From: a virus
Lineage: Duplodnaviria > Caudoviricetes
Direction: 5' to 3' (one strand)
Length of the DNA: 30,626 nucleotides
Virus record (IMG/VR): IMGVR_UViG_3300035182_000825
Span: 1 to 30,626 of that record
Shown here piece after piece: positions 1-9,707 of the stretch (the first letter of the stretch is position 1; each line of letters opens with the position of its first letter). A program made the position numbers and the translations under genes. A model generated the notes under the pieces. That model was not told the origin of the DNA and made no database searches. It saw only the letters and a program-made list of their open reading frames with translations.

Positions 1-1
1 T

Positions 2-3000
2 CGGACTGCGCCAATCGAACTCCCCTGGGCCGAGCTTATCCCCTTTTCCGAGCTTTCGCGCAAGTCCATCACCCTCGAAGTCTTTAAGGATTGAGACCTT
101 CGCAGCAGCCATATCAGAGGCAGCCTGTCGCATCCGCATCAGAGTTATAGGGTTATCGGTTTTAAGTTTAAAGGGATGCTCGCCAGTTGCTGGGTCTATA
201 TACTTCAGCGCATCTTCAATGTACTTGAAATGCCTCTCCTTGGAGAAGGACGGATCTCCCCAGCGAATCCCATACTTTGAGTCAAGAAGTTTTGCAACAG
301 CCGCCGGGTCTCCCTCGAACTGGTGGACGATATAGTTATCCCTCGGGTCATACTGAATCCCGTTTGCAGCATCTTGTTCAAATATCCTATCTCCCCACTC
401 ACGCACGCTCTTTGCCACAGCGTCCAGCATTGGGTTAGCTTGCTTTTTTCCTTTCTCGTAATTGAGAATAAAGGGCAAGCCCTCCTCTTTCCGAGTGCTG
501 AAAAAGTCTTCGAGCTTTTCCTGCGCCCATTTAAAGGTAGAGGCTGAACGAGCTGCCTCCGCCAGTCGATGGCCCATATGCGCGGCAGCCTTCTCGCTTC
601 CCCTCGATGCGTGCTCGGGAAAGACTCTATTCCAAGAGTCATCAAGCATCTTACCCACGTGCTCTCCGCCAGGGAGAATCTTCCGAGCCGCCCAGGCGCT
701 GAGCAGTCCGGTCGCGAGTGCTGCGTTAAAGTCCTTCGGGTGGTTGTAGGAGTAAACCCCCATACCCGCAATCAACCCGCCCAGTCCAAGCCATTTGACT
801 AGCTCCGGGTCGGCAGCTCCCCACGCTAACGGAGGCTTTCCGGGACGAGTTGGGACCTCGGTCCAGTCCAGCCCGCGAGCGTCTTTGCGAGCTTTCCCGC
901 CGAGAGAGTTTAGGTATAGCTGCAGCTCCTTCGCATACTTGTCGTAAATCCCCTGCTCGCTCGGCTCGTACTTGTGCCCCTTCTTAATAGCGTCCTCAAC
1001 CCGCGCAATAGCTCGCTTGAGATCATCGTCCTTTACTGTCGAGTCTCCTCGCTCTTTCCTGGCGGCCTCTTCGGCTTTCAGCATCTCCAGGCGGGCTTTG
1101 AAATCGACCGGCTCGAAGCCTTGAATCTTAGCCACAGTATCCGGGTTCGCAAACCACACCGCAGGATCTCCGCGATTACCAGCCCGCTCCAGGACCTGCT
1201 GCACCAGTCGCGGTTGAGCGGCTTTTGTCAGCGGCGTTAAGCCTGCAGCATCAGTGGCTGTTCTAATAGGCTTGTTCACCTCGTCCGTGGCCAGCCTGAC
1301 CTGCCCCTCGCGAAGCTCGTCGCGCAGTCGCCCGATTCTATTCCAGTGCTCTTGAGCCGCCGCTCGCTCCTCCGGCGTTCTGGCCTCTTGAACTTCTTTG
1401 GAAGATTTTTTAATCTCCTCCTCAAGTTCCTTTCCCCGAGCTTTCAGCTCTTCGGCCTTTTCATCTGTCAGCACTCGCTGATGCTGCGCTAAGTCGGACT
1501 GAACCTCGTGCACTCCCTCAATGCCATTCTCCAACTTGACCGAGCGGGTAGTGCCAAAACTTCTCCCATCCTTCAAGTGGTTCTTATCGGAGAGCTCCTC
1601 CGGAAGTTGCCAGCTTGTAGTTGTGGAGGGAAGGTCGGACTGCCCTTCGGCTGGCTTCACAAGGCCGTTCTTATAGTCACTTCCTCCCTTCGAGTCTACA
1701 ATCCCGACATTCGCGAGCTTCCGGTCGTTTAGCGTCTGCGTATCTTGAGGAGTTAGCACAATGTCCTGGGTCTGAAGTTTAAAGCCAACAGTCAAATCAT
1801 GAGACGATATGGCAGGCTTAGGAGGTTCACCCCGAGCAATCCGCGCTTGGTTGCCGGTCTCGTGGGCCTGAAGAATCGCTAGAAAGACTTTCTTGTCTTC
1901 CTCCTTAATCCCTTTACGGTTGATAATTTCCCTGATCTCTTGAGGCGTGTGATCGGTTGCAAAAGGATTTAGGCTCTCCATAATCGGGGAAGTAACACTG
2001 AGGGATTTCTTCGTCTCCGCCAGAGTCGCTGTGTCCTTGAGGAGTCCTGCCATAGAAATCTCATCTCTCCCGTGACCGGCTACGATTAAGGCAGCTCCAA
2101 GCGCGCTCATCCCTAGGGTATCGAGGAGCTGAATCTGCTGTCCGTGTCCGGGAGCCGGGTTCAGCCCCCACATCTTCCGCTTGTCCTCTTCTGCTTGATA
2201 AAGCTCGGCCGCAGTTAGCGCGGCTGCTACTCCGCCAATCTTTCCTGCATTGTCCTTGAGGCCCTGGGCAAACGACATATAGCCCTTGGGACTTTCGCTC
2301 GGCTGCGCCCCTCCTCCCTTAACCTCAAGGGGAAGCCCGCTGCGAAGATCAACCTCCGGAATCACGGACAATTCGACAAGGGCGTGAAGGGACTGAACCA
2401 GGTCGCCTGATGCAGCTTGCTGCTCCAGCTTCGCCTGGCGCTCGCTAGCTCGAATTTCAGCGGCCTTGGCTCCTTCAGGTGTTCTCCTGCGTATGATCGC
2501 GGAGTGGGAGATGGGCTCACGAGCGGGCGATGCTTGTGTTCCCATAACATCGGGGTTATGTGTTCGTGCTTCTTCCAGTCTCTGCGCAGCGGGTTGTGGC
2601 CTTGTTTTCTGTTTGGCCTGCGCGAAGGCTTGCTCCATTGCCGTTGGGGGCTCACCTCCCCCTGGACGTTCCTTTCCACTTGAGAGATCTGTATAAGGAC
2701 CCGCTGGCCTTCCAGGGTTAAGGGCAATAGCCTCTCGCGGTGACTGCTGCATCTCCGCGATCTTTCGAGCTTCGGTCTCTCGCTCGTGACGTTCCCAAAT
2801 TTCGTCAATACTTCGAGACTCGGCAGAGGGCTCCTCAGTGGACTCAGCCCTTTGGTTGCGCTCATCCGCCCCTCGGCGCGCAAACTCTGCATTAATCTCT
2901 TCCGGGTGATTGAGGGCGAATTGCAGGTGGTCTGGAGAGTCCCTTCCCAACCCTGCAATATAATTATCAACATAGGTTTCAACCGAAAGTCCCCCTGCCG

Positions 3001-4048
3001 GGGGAGGAGCATCAGCCTTCCGCCTTGCCCTCGCAAACACCTCATCTACAGAGGGGCTCTCTCCACTCTTCCCCCTCTTCTTTATGTCAGCAACCGTCTT
3101 CTTGTATTGATTGAAGGGCTCATCGGACAGTTTCTTCTGAACCTTCTTCTGATGCTCTTTCCACTCTTGCGCCAGCTTCTTAACTTCCTTCGGACTGAGG
3201 GGCCTTTCCTTCGGGTGAGCCGCGTTAATCTCCTTCGCCATCTCCACGGCATGAGCATCCGTCAGTGGCGTTTTCGGGTCGAGGTACTTAACCTTGAAAC
3301 GAGTAGGCGCACGTTCCACCAGTCTGGAGAATCCGCCGAACGTACCCCAGATAGCTGCTTGAGTCTGAATCTCATTCGGGTCGAACTTACCCGGCTCTAC
3401 CGACTGCGCTAGTGTGGCTGCCGCGCCACCAGCAACCCCCAGTTCCGCCGCCTTACCGACAGTCGCGCCAACTCGTCCAGCTTGCGCAGCGTACTTTGCC
3501 AAAACCTTTGTGGCCACGTCCCCGAGCATCCCGGACACTCCAAACTCCGGCAGGAAGAACATCCAGAAGTCCTCTCCCGAGTCTTTGATAAATTCCCCGA
3601 GCGTGGTGGATGGGTGGTCTCTGGCTGCCTCATAAAACTTCTTAATGGCATCGGGTGTCGGAGGAGTAATCGGGCGGGCTGCGTATTTCTTATCGCCCAT
3701 TGCAGCTAATTTTTCACGGGAAACGCCAGTCGTCCATTCGCCAACTTTCTCTCCAATACCTGCTGCAAAGCGCCCCAGATAACCCTCGCGCAAGTCGAAG
3801 TCGTGGACAACCTTAGAGGTTTCCAGTATGCCTTCAGTTGCGTTCTTCCCCCACTCGTTCATCTTCTCTTTCCAACCAGGCTCCTCGACGGGGGCAGTGG
3901 GTGGAGCTATCGTATAGGGGTCTTTAAACCCTGTGAGAGGTTGCGGTGTTTGAGGTGCTGCGCTCTTCTTCACCGGCGCTAAAGCCCGAGGAGCCGGCAA
4001 TGAGGGCCCTGCGGCCGGGTCAACAAACCCTTCAAGTCCTTGTGCCAT
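2..4048 (-). CDS. Large internal virion / DNA ejection protein (partial, >1349 aa, runs off the left edge)
   Basis: Manually translated open frame from ATG at 4048 (TAATG overlap with the upstream stop): MAQGLEGFVDPAAG...DGLARKLGKGDKLGPGEFDWRS, no stop seen. Missing from the ORF track because it is truncated. Last of three ejection-type genes; contains Gly/Ala-rich hydrophobic segments and coiled-coil stretches. Confidence 0.8.
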   Translation of the reverse strand, partial: MAQGLEGFVDPAAGPSLPAPRALAPVKKSAAPQTPQPLTGFKDPYTIAPPTAPVEEPGWKEKMNEWGKNATEGILETSKVVHDFDLREGYLGRFAAGIGEKVGEWTTGVSREKLAAMGDKKYAARPITPPTPDAIKKFYEAARDHPSTTLGEFIKDSGEDFWMFFLPEFGVSGMLGDVATKVLAKYAAQAGRVGATVGKAAELGVAGGAAATLAQSVEPGKFDPNEIQTQAAIWGTFGGFSRLVERAPTRFKVKYLDPKTPLTDAHAVEMAKEINAAHPKERPLSPKEVKKLAQEWKEHQKKVQKKLSDEPFNQYKKTVADIKKRGKSGESPSVDEVFARARRKADAPPPAGGLSVETYVDNYIAGLGRDSPDHLQFALNHPEEINAEFARRGADERNQRAESTEEPSAESRSIDEIWERHERETEARKIAEMQQSPREAIALNPGRPAGPYTDLSSGKERPGGGEPPTAMEQAFAQAKQKTRPQPAAQRLEEARTHNPDVMGTQASPAREPISHSAIIRRRTPEGAKAAEIRASERQAKLEQQAASGDLVQSLHALVELSVIPEVDLRSGLPLEVKGGGAQPSESPKGYMSFAQGLKDNAGKIGGVAAALTAAELYQAEEDKRKMWGLNPAPGHGQQIQLLDTLGMSALGAALIVAGHGRDEISMAGLLKDTATLAETKKSLSVTSPIMESLNPFATDHTPQEIREIINRKGIKEEDKKVFLAILQAHETGNQARIARGEPPKPAISSHDLTVGFKLQTQDIVLTPQDTQTLNDRKLANVGIVDSKGGSDYKNGLVKPAEGQSDLPSTTTSWQLPEELSDKNHLKDGRSFGTTRSVKLENGIEGVHEVQSDLAQHQRVLTDEKAEELKARGKELEEEIKKSSKEVQEARTPEERAAAQEHWNRIGRLRDELREGQVRLATDEVNKPIRTATDAAGLTPLTKAAQPRLVQQVLERAGNRGDPAVWFANPDTVAKIQGFEPVDFKARLEMLKAEEAARKERGDSTVKDDDLKRAIARVEDAIKKGHKYEPSEQGIYDKYAKELQLYLNSLGGKARKDARGLDWTEVPTRPGKPPLAWGAADPELVKWLGLGGLIAGMGVYSYNHPKDFNAALATGLLSAWAARKILPGGEHVGKMLDDSWNRVFPEHASRGSEKAAAHMGHRLAEAARSASTFKWAQEKLEDFFSTRKEEGLPFILNYEKGKKQANPMLDAVAKSVREWGDRIFEQDAANGIQYDPRDNYIVHQFEGDPAAVAKLLDSKYGIRWGDPSFSKERHFKYIEDALKYIDPATGEHPFKLKTDNPITLMRMRQAASDMAAAKVSILKDFEGDGLARKLGKGDKLGPGEFDWRSP

Positions 4049-5133
4049 TATTTAATTCTCCCGAGCCGTTTACCCTCTTGAATTACCTCATCCACTCGAT
4101 CGCGGTATTGTGGATTAGCCTGTAGCGCCTTCGTCACCCAGTCCTGCTCTGCCGGGCGCAGTCGATTAATCTTGTGCCACTTTGCGGCAGCTTCCGCTGT
4201 TGCCATAGCTTTAAGCTGGCCCTCTGAAACCCCGGGCCGAGTCTTCCGCAGTTGCATGTAGCGCTCAGAGGCCTCGCGAGAAATCCTCCGAAGCTCTTTT
4301 TTGTTTTTCGCCAGCTCGGGAATCTGCCCCGCAATGTCCGGAGCCATATCGTAGCTCACCGCGTCACCAACTTCACGTTCCCTCTTAGCAACATCCAGGT
4401 CTTTTTGTTCGATTGTCTTTTTATTTACCTCGATGGTTGAGGCGGTCCTTTGCCGCTCCAAGTCAAGCTTCTGCTGGTTGAGAGACGCCTGGAGGTTCAT
4501 CAGTGCGAGCTTCGTCTCGGAGTTCACAGGAAGCATAGCATCGCGAAGCTTACGAATATTCTCCGGCGTTGGCTTCATGTTGCGAAGGAGCGGAGGGAGG
4601 CTTGAGCCGACCGCCCGGAGTTGCGTGTCAAATGACTGCAAGGTCTCGGGCCAGCTTCGATTAACCTCTTCTTGGGACTGGCCTTCAAAGCGACTAAGCT
4701 GTTTGAAAGCATCTTCCTGAAGTTTGACTACGCCCTCCAGTCTGGTGACTTGCCTGGATTGTTCCGCACTGGCGATAGTAGAAGCCTTCTCAAGCCCCGT
4801 TAAACCGTGATTGATAAGCTCTGCGCCAAGCTTCGGGTCAGCCGATATTGCGATATGCCCCAGCTCCAGCATGAAATTGGATTCATTCGTTATTTGGTTT
4901 CCCTGCGCAGCTTCAGCGAACGGCCGCAAGGCCATCTGCTCTTGAGCCTGGGCCATCTTAGCCAGGCGCTCCTGCATTGCCAGCTGGTTCTGGAGCTTCA
5001 GTTCCTCCGCTTGATTTTTATATTGCTGCCCTTGGGTTTTTGCCTGTGTAGCAGCAAGCTTCGCAAGTCCTTGCTTATAGCTCAGCACCGCATCAACCGG
5101 GCTAGTGTACATATCAGTATCAATGCCAGCCAT
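4048..5133 (-). CDS. Putative DNA ejection / internal virion protein
   Basis: 361 aa, Q/A/E/K-rich helical protein lying between a Gly-rich pilot-like gene and the giant virion protein; podovirus synteny. Confidence 0.65.
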   Translation of the reverse strand: MAGIDTDMYTSPVDAVLSYKQGLAKLAATQAKTQGQQYKNQAEELKLQNQLAMQERLAKMAQAQEQMALRPFAEAAQGNQITNESNFMLELGHIAISADPKLGAELINHGLTGLEKASTIASAEQSRQVTRLEGVVKLQEDAFKQLSRFEGQSQEEVNRSWPETLQSFDTQLRAVGSSLPPLLRNMKPTPENIRKLRDAMLPVNSETKLALMNLQASLNQQKLDLERQRTASTIEVNKKTIEQKDLDVAKREREVGDAVSYDMAPDIAGQIPELAKNKKELRRISREASERYMQLRKTRPGVSEGQLKAMATAEAAAKWHKINRLRPAEQDWVTKALQANPQYRDRVDEVIQEGKRLGRIK

Positions 5134-5147
5134 CAGAGTACTCCTTT

Positions 5148-6014
5148 TTAGAACATCTTGGCAAGGTCTGCGAAGGCAGAAGACTGAGCTTTGTTCGCCG
5201 CCACGTTGGCGTTAATTGCAGTGCCAGACCCAGCTCCTGGAGTTGCCCCAGCTCCGGCTAGATTAGACAGTTGATTAACCTGCTGTGTGTAAAAATCCTG
5301 TCCGTACTTCTGGAGCTCCACCATAGCATTCCCGGAGCCCTGTAGGCCTCGGGCCGAGAGTGCGCGCATGAGAGCTTGTTGGCCCGCCTCGTACCCAGGT
5401 AGTGAGGTAATGCTTCCGGGATTCGCCTGGAGCTGCGCAAGCTGCTGTGCGTACTGAGCCCGGTAGGGAGAGAATGGATCGCTAGCTGCCTGCGCCGCTT
5501 TGCCTTGTTTTTTCAGCTGCTCGGCCTGCAGCAGTGTATTAATGTCCGAGCCCACGCTGAGAGCTTTTCCAAGGCCAGTACCCTTGAAGGTATTCCAAGT
5601 TTGCGCAAGACCTCCACCAGCTCCAGCCGAGGTAGCAGCTGCTCCGCCGAGCCAAGCTTCTCCGCCGCCTAGGGCAGTTGAGGCGAAGCTTTGCATTGAC
5701 ATGTCCCCGAAGCCCGCCTCGGCCACAGCACCCCCAATCTGCCCAACCTGGCTAGCTGTACCGCCCCAGCCGGCTAGGTCTTCAGCCAGCAGGCCAGGCG
5801 CGGTCTCCTGGGCCGCGAGCATACCTTCTGTGGTTAGGCCGCCAGCTCCACTCGCAGCTCCGAACAGAGACCCGCCTACTCCACCGAGAAGCCCGCCCTC
5901 CAGCGCTCCTGTAATTCCGCCGCCTGAGGCTATGCCAACTCCCGCCCCAATCATAGCACCGACCCCAGCATCAGTAGCAAGAAAATCTGTAACAACTGCA
6001 ACCATTCCGCCCAT
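5148..6014 (-). CDS. Putative DNA transfer / pilot (ejection) protein
   Basis: 288 aa with a Gly/Ala-rich hydrophobic N-terminus and a C-terminal LPGY...GLQGSGNA...LQKYGQD segment typical of podovirus ejection proteins; GGAG RBS. Confidence 0.7.
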   Translation of the reverse strand: MGGMVAVVTDFLATDAGVGAMIGAGVGIASGGGITGALEGGLLGGVGGSLFGAASGAGGLTTEGMLAAQETAPGLLAEDLAGWGGTASQVGQIGGAVAEAGFGDMSMQSFASTALGGGEAWLGGAAATSAGAGGGLAQTWNTFKGTGLGKALSVGSDINTLLQAEQLKKQGKAAQAASDPFSPYRAQYAQQLAQLQANPGSITSLPGYEAGQQALMRALSARGLQGSGNAMVELQKYGQDFYTQQVNQLSNLAGAGATPGAGSGTAINANVAANKAQSSAFADLAKMF

Positions 6015-6015
6015 G

Positions 6016-6474
6016 TCAGTCTCCTAAAACTTTTGAATAAACAATCTCATCCAGCCGATACCCCTTGTGCAGCAGCACCGGGGAGAAGTCGTGCACACCA
6101 GGTTTAACGTGCCAGAATACTCTGCGCACGCCCCTTGCTTGAAGAAACTCCTCTGACTTATTTATCAGGCTCAGTCCAACTCGACTGTGGCGCTTGTCCG
6201 GGTGCAGAAAAAGAACATCGTTAATCGCCGTGAGAGTTGTGCGATAGTGCAAAGCCCCCTGCACGATGAACACCGAATAACCCCAGAGCTTGCCGTCTTC
6301 TCGGGCCGTCACGCAGACGAGCTTACCAGCGTGCTCGAGCGCTGCGTAGAGTTCCCAGTTAGGATCAAGCGGCACTTTATCTTTATCCCACGCTATTTCA
6401 TCCCAGTGAAGTTGGGCAAGCTCCTCGCAATCTTTTCGCAGGCTCGCCCAGGTTTCCAGATAAATTTTCATCAT
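6016..6474 (-). CDS. GNAT-fold acetyltransferase-like protein in the tail/ejection module
   Basis: LWGYSVFIV...NDVLFLHPDKRHSRVGLSLINKSEEFLQARGV...KGY matches GNAT motifs A/B; sits between tail and ejection genes as in many podoviruses. Confidence 0.75.
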   Translation of the reverse strand: MMKIYLETWASLRKDCEELAQLHWDEIAWDKDKVPLDPNWELYAALEHAGKLVCVTAREDGKLWGYSVFIVQGALHYRTTLTAINDVLFLHPDKRHSRVGLSLINKSEEFLQARGVRRVFWHVKPGVHDFSPVLLHKGYRLDEIVYSKVLGD

Positions 6475-6983
6475 CCCACCAGCAGGCGTCTTGTTGTTCC
6501 GCCTGAGTCCTTTACGGTTATATACCCGGCCTGGGCTACCACACCTGCTGTATAGGTGCCAAAGCCGAGGGTTGTAAGCCCGGTGATCGACCCCCCTGTC
6601 AGGTTAACGGCAGCTGCCGACTGGACGGCCACGTCACCGAGCCCAAGGTTTGTCCGAGCCCCGCTCGCCGTCGAAGCCGCTGTTCCGCCATCCGCGATTG
6701 CTAGGTCAGTTATGCCAGTGATCGACCCTCCCGTGATGGCGACGGTCGCCGGAGACTGAGCAGCCATCCCGACAGACTCCGCAGCCGTCAAGTGGTAAAA
6801 CTCATTAGCTCCACCCCCCTGCAAGCCAGAAAGTAGATTGTGCTGCACCCCGGAGGAGCCGCCAGATTGGTTAATAAGCTGTGCAATCGTAAGGAACCAC
6901 TGAATCCAGACTGGCGCAAAAGTACCCGTCAGCGGATCAACTGGAGCTGCCCAGGTCGGAGGAGGCGGAATATTAGCACTCAT
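6471..6983 (-). CDS. Tail-associated structural protein (needle/fibre-like)
   Basis: 170 aa with repeated V.ITGGSITG and GGTAASTASGARTNLGLG fibre-type motifs; directly after the gp10-like gene. Confidence 0.6.
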   Translation of the reverse strand: MSANIPPPPTWAAPVDPLTGTFAPVWIQWFLTIAQLINQSGGSSGVQHNLLSGLQGGGANEFYHLTAAESVGMAAQSPATVAITGGSITGITDLAIADGGTAASTASGARTNLGLGDVAVQSAAAVNLTGGSITGLTTLGFGTYTAGVVAQAGYITVKDSGGTTRRLLVG

Positions 6984-8368
6984 AGCGAGCCCGGAACAAG
7001 TTGAAGATCAACTGACTGAATGCGCAGAGGCACTGGGCACTGATGCCGGAAGTGAAAAGCCCGTCGGCGAAAACTCCCACAATCCCAGAGCATCGGACGC
7101 TTAAGCCCCAGGTTGACAGGACGGAAGTTTGTCCAGGTCTGGTAGTCGTCATCCGAGACTCGGACCTGGAGTAGACTCCCGGGAGTCTGGTCAGCCGAGA
7201 ACTCCATCGAAGTAAGGAACTTTAACTGGCGCGTCCCTCCGTCGAAGTTGGGAGTAACCAGATCAACGGGAAAAACAATTCCGTCGTCAGTTGTATAATC
7301 AGTGCTCATGGTGTAGGTAAGGGAGCTGGTAGAGGTCTGCCCGACTGTAGTTGTCCCGAGGGTGGCCGTATCCACCAAGGGGACATAGCCGCCGGCAGCC
7401 GTTGTCCACTGAGCCCATGCTCCCTCGCCTATGTCGTAGACTAGAGTTAGGTTTGCGGCCGGCATTGTCAGAATGTAGAACTCGTGTCCCATCCCCTTGT
7501 AGACGGAGGCTAAAGCTCCGGTGAGATCGGCGGAGTTAAGAAGTCTTTCTACGGGTTTGCTGGACACGGGCTTAGCCCGCATATCAGTGACAGAGACGAC
7601 TTGCCGCCCTCCAACGCGATTTGTTGCCACCCAGATTAGGGTGCCATCGAACTCCGCGAGGGTGCCTGCGCTTGCGCAACCGTAGTTAAGTCGCGAAGCT
7701 GGAACTGGTAAGAGCGGGCTCCCGGAAGAGGCTGCTGCGTCGTAGAAGAACTCGACAGACCACTGCTTGAAGGCTACAATGTAGATAAGCTGCTTGGAAA
7801 TTGTTACGCCCAAATCAGGCTCAATCTGCGCAACAATCTTATTGAGAGCTGACCAAGTCGTCGGATTGTTGAGAGAGGAACCCCAGATAGCTCCTGTCGC
7901 GTCCATCACGTAGAGAGTGCCATCGAGATAAGCACTGCCCTTGACCGTGGTGGCTGGGTAATTCACGTCCGTAATCTGAGCGAAGGTTGTGCCATCCCAG
8001 GTATAGCCGTGAACGCCGTTCGAGAGATAGAGACGATCTACGCTGATGTTAAGACCGGCAGTTTGGTTGAACTGGTATCTTCCGTTGGAAGAATCAACAG
8101 TCCCGATTACACTCCCGTTTTTATACAGCGCCGTTCCCCAGACTCCGTACAGATCTCCTTTCCAGTTATACAGACCCGCAGCAGCCCCCGCACCGTGACT
8201 CACGCCAGTGGAGACATACCCTGGGCGTTTGTAAAGCTGGAAAGAAGACTCGTCGACTTTCTCTACGTAGCCATTAACCAGCTTCGCATCTTTTCCCGCT
8301 GTAGTGTCTCGATTGCCCGGAACAATGACGAGAGGAAGTCTCTGAGGAAGTAGCCCAGCGTCAGCCAT
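6980..8368 (-). CDS. Tail hub / packaged-DNA stabilisation protein (P22 gp10-like)
   Basis: 462 aa, beta-rich, with C-terminal VSDDDYQTW...GSFRRRAFHFR typical of gp10-like stabilisation proteins; follows the gp4-like adaptor. Confidence 0.75.
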   Translation of the reverse strand: MADAGLLPQRLPLVIVPGNRDTTAGKDAKLVNGYVEKVDESSFQLYKRPGYVSTGVSHGAGAAAGLYNWKGDLYGVWGTALYKNGSVIGTVDSSNGRYQFNQTAGLNISVDRLYLSNGVHGYTWDGTTFAQITDVNYPATTVKGSAYLDGTLYVMDATGAIWGSSLNNPTTWSALNKIVAQIEPDLGVTISKQLIYIVAFKQWSVEFFYDAAASSGSPLLPVPASRLNYGCASAGTLAEFDGTLIWVATNRVGGRQVVSVTDMRAKPVSSKPVERLLNSADLTGALASVYKGMGHEFYILTMPAANLTLVYDIGEGAWAQWTTAAGGYVPLVDTATLGTTTVGQTSTSSLTYTMSTDYTTDDGIVFPVDLVTPNFDGGTRQLKFLTSMEFSADQTPGSLLQVRVSDDDYQTWTNFRPVNLGLKRPMLWDCGSFRRRAFHFRHQCPVPLRIQSVDLQLVPGSL

Positions 8369-9075
8369 TATCTAAAGCCCCCCGCGAGTTGTCCGCTTCT
8401 CTGATCCGGGGAAAAGGAGGTTGAAGCGTCCTCTACGTCCCAAGACTCAAGGCCGAGTTTATAGGTTAGAGCTTTTGTCTCGCACCGGTTGATAATGCTG
8501 TCAGGTTGCCCGGTGCAAATCTCCGCCGCAAGCCCCCACTGCAGGGCAAGGAACCACTCCGACGGGAAGTTGATCGTGTCAAGAAGGCCAGAGACATTGG
8601 TAATTTGCTGCTGCACGATGAGGTGGGCAGTTCCAGTCGCGGCTGTCGCATCTGGCGTAAGCCAAAAGCACACTCGGAGCTGGGACAACTGTTTATCAAC
8701 GAAGTAAGAATTGATTGGGCCTTGATCACCAGGAGCAGAAAGCCTATTGTACTCGTCCCAGGAAAGAGGGAGAAGCGGCCTTCTGACCCCGCTGGCGTCT
8801 AGGTAGTAAGCCTGTAGCACGCGAAGGTTGCGTACCGCCCCGAGACTCGCGCCAGTGTAGCAGGCGAGTCCAGCTGTAAGAGTGACCGAAAGATCAACTG
8901 TCTGCCAGAGCTTAAGACCACTGGTCTGCCAGATATTGATCAGATCGTTAAGACGGTTCATGCCGGAGGCAAGCTGCTCCGAGTTCGGCTCATCGCCCTC
9001 CTGGAGTTTCCCTGCATTCTGCATCGCCATAGCGATTAGGCGATAGGCGCTGTTAAAGGTTGCTGGCGTTGTCAT
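8368..9075 (-). CDS. Head-tail adaptor (P22 gp4 / tail tubular protein A-like)
   Basis: 235 aa with LIAMAMQNAG...GDEP...GMNRLNDLINIW and FPSEWFLALQWGLAAEI motifs; synteny. Confidence 0.75.
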   Translation of the reverse strand: MTTPATFNSAYRLIAMAMQNAGKLQEGDEPNSEQLASGMNRLNDLINIWQTSGLKLWQTVDLSVTLTAGLACYTGASLGAVRNLRVLQAYYLDASGVRRPLLPLSWDEYNRLSAPGDQGPINSYFVDKQLSQLRVCFWLTPDATAATGTAHLIVQQQITNVSGLLDTINFPSEWFLALQWGLAAEICTGQPDSIINRCETKALTYKLGLESWDVEDASTSFSPDQRSGQLAGGFR

Positions 9076-9338
9076 TGTCCATCCAGTCCATGATAGTCAG
9101 GGTGAAGAGAGCGAACCGCTGTATAGAGTTGCGATACCCTGCGATCCAGCCCGGCGAGTTCCCCGCGCAGGTCTCGTTCAATCCCGCCGAGCGTTCTGTT
9201 AATTTGCGACAGGCGCTCTGAAATCTCAGCAACCTGACTTTGCATTTGATGAACACCCCACGCGAGAAGAGCTGCTATAACACACAACAGCCCTCCGAGA
9301 ACCCATAGTATGATAGTAATCTCGGCGTCCTGAAACAT
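9072..9338 (-). CDS. Small membrane protein (single TM plus coiled coil), possible holin/XhlA-like
   Basis: ITIILWVLGGLLCVIAALLAWGV hydrophobic helix followed by a heptad-rich segment; AAAGG RBS. Confidence 0.5.
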   Translation of the reverse strand: MFQDAEITIILWVLGGLLCVIAALLAWGVHQMQSQVAEISERLSQINRTLGGIERDLRGELAGLDRRVSQLYTAVRSLHPDYHGLDGQ

Positions 9339-9347
9339 AAAAACCTT

Positions 9348-9704
9348 TCAGCGAAAAGTGGATTTGGCCAGAATAGAAAGTGCTTTGGCAATGCGTGTTA
9401 TTACAGCCTCGACTCCGTCAGAGGCCAGATCAGCTGTGATACGAGTTGCTATCTGAGCTGGGCGGTGATTTACTAAAAAGGTTATGAAGGGAAGCCCCTT
9501 CACGTCGTCAAGATCGGTCTGATCTTGAAGTTGTTGCGCAGCAGCGTCGAGCTCGGCCTGCGTGGGAGTATAGGGTACGGGGGCATTTCCCGCCGCAACC
9601 CACGCCTGGTAGGCTGCGTAGTCGGAGTTCCCCTCCGCGAACGGGATGCAGGCGTTGTCGGAGGAACGAGTAACGGAATCATTTTGCTGGGTAAGTTTGT
9701 ACAT
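9348..9704 (-). CDS. Putative tail fibre assembly / chaperone-like protein
   Basis: IPFAEGNSDYAAYQAWVAAGNAP motif typical of genes immediately downstream of tail fibres. Confidence 0.6.
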   Translation of the reverse strand: MYKLTQQNDSVTRSSDNACIPFAEGNSDYAAYQAWVAAGNAPVPYTPTQAELDAAAQQLQDQTDLDDVKGLPFITFLVNHRPAQIATRITADLASDGVEAVITRIAKALSILAKSTFR

Positions 9705-9707
9705 GGC

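Noticed and set aside
205-3709. Multiple short ORFs listed on both strands in 1-4 kb
   Set aside because: All lie within the single >1349-aa minus-strand frame; alternative-frame or antisense artefacts.
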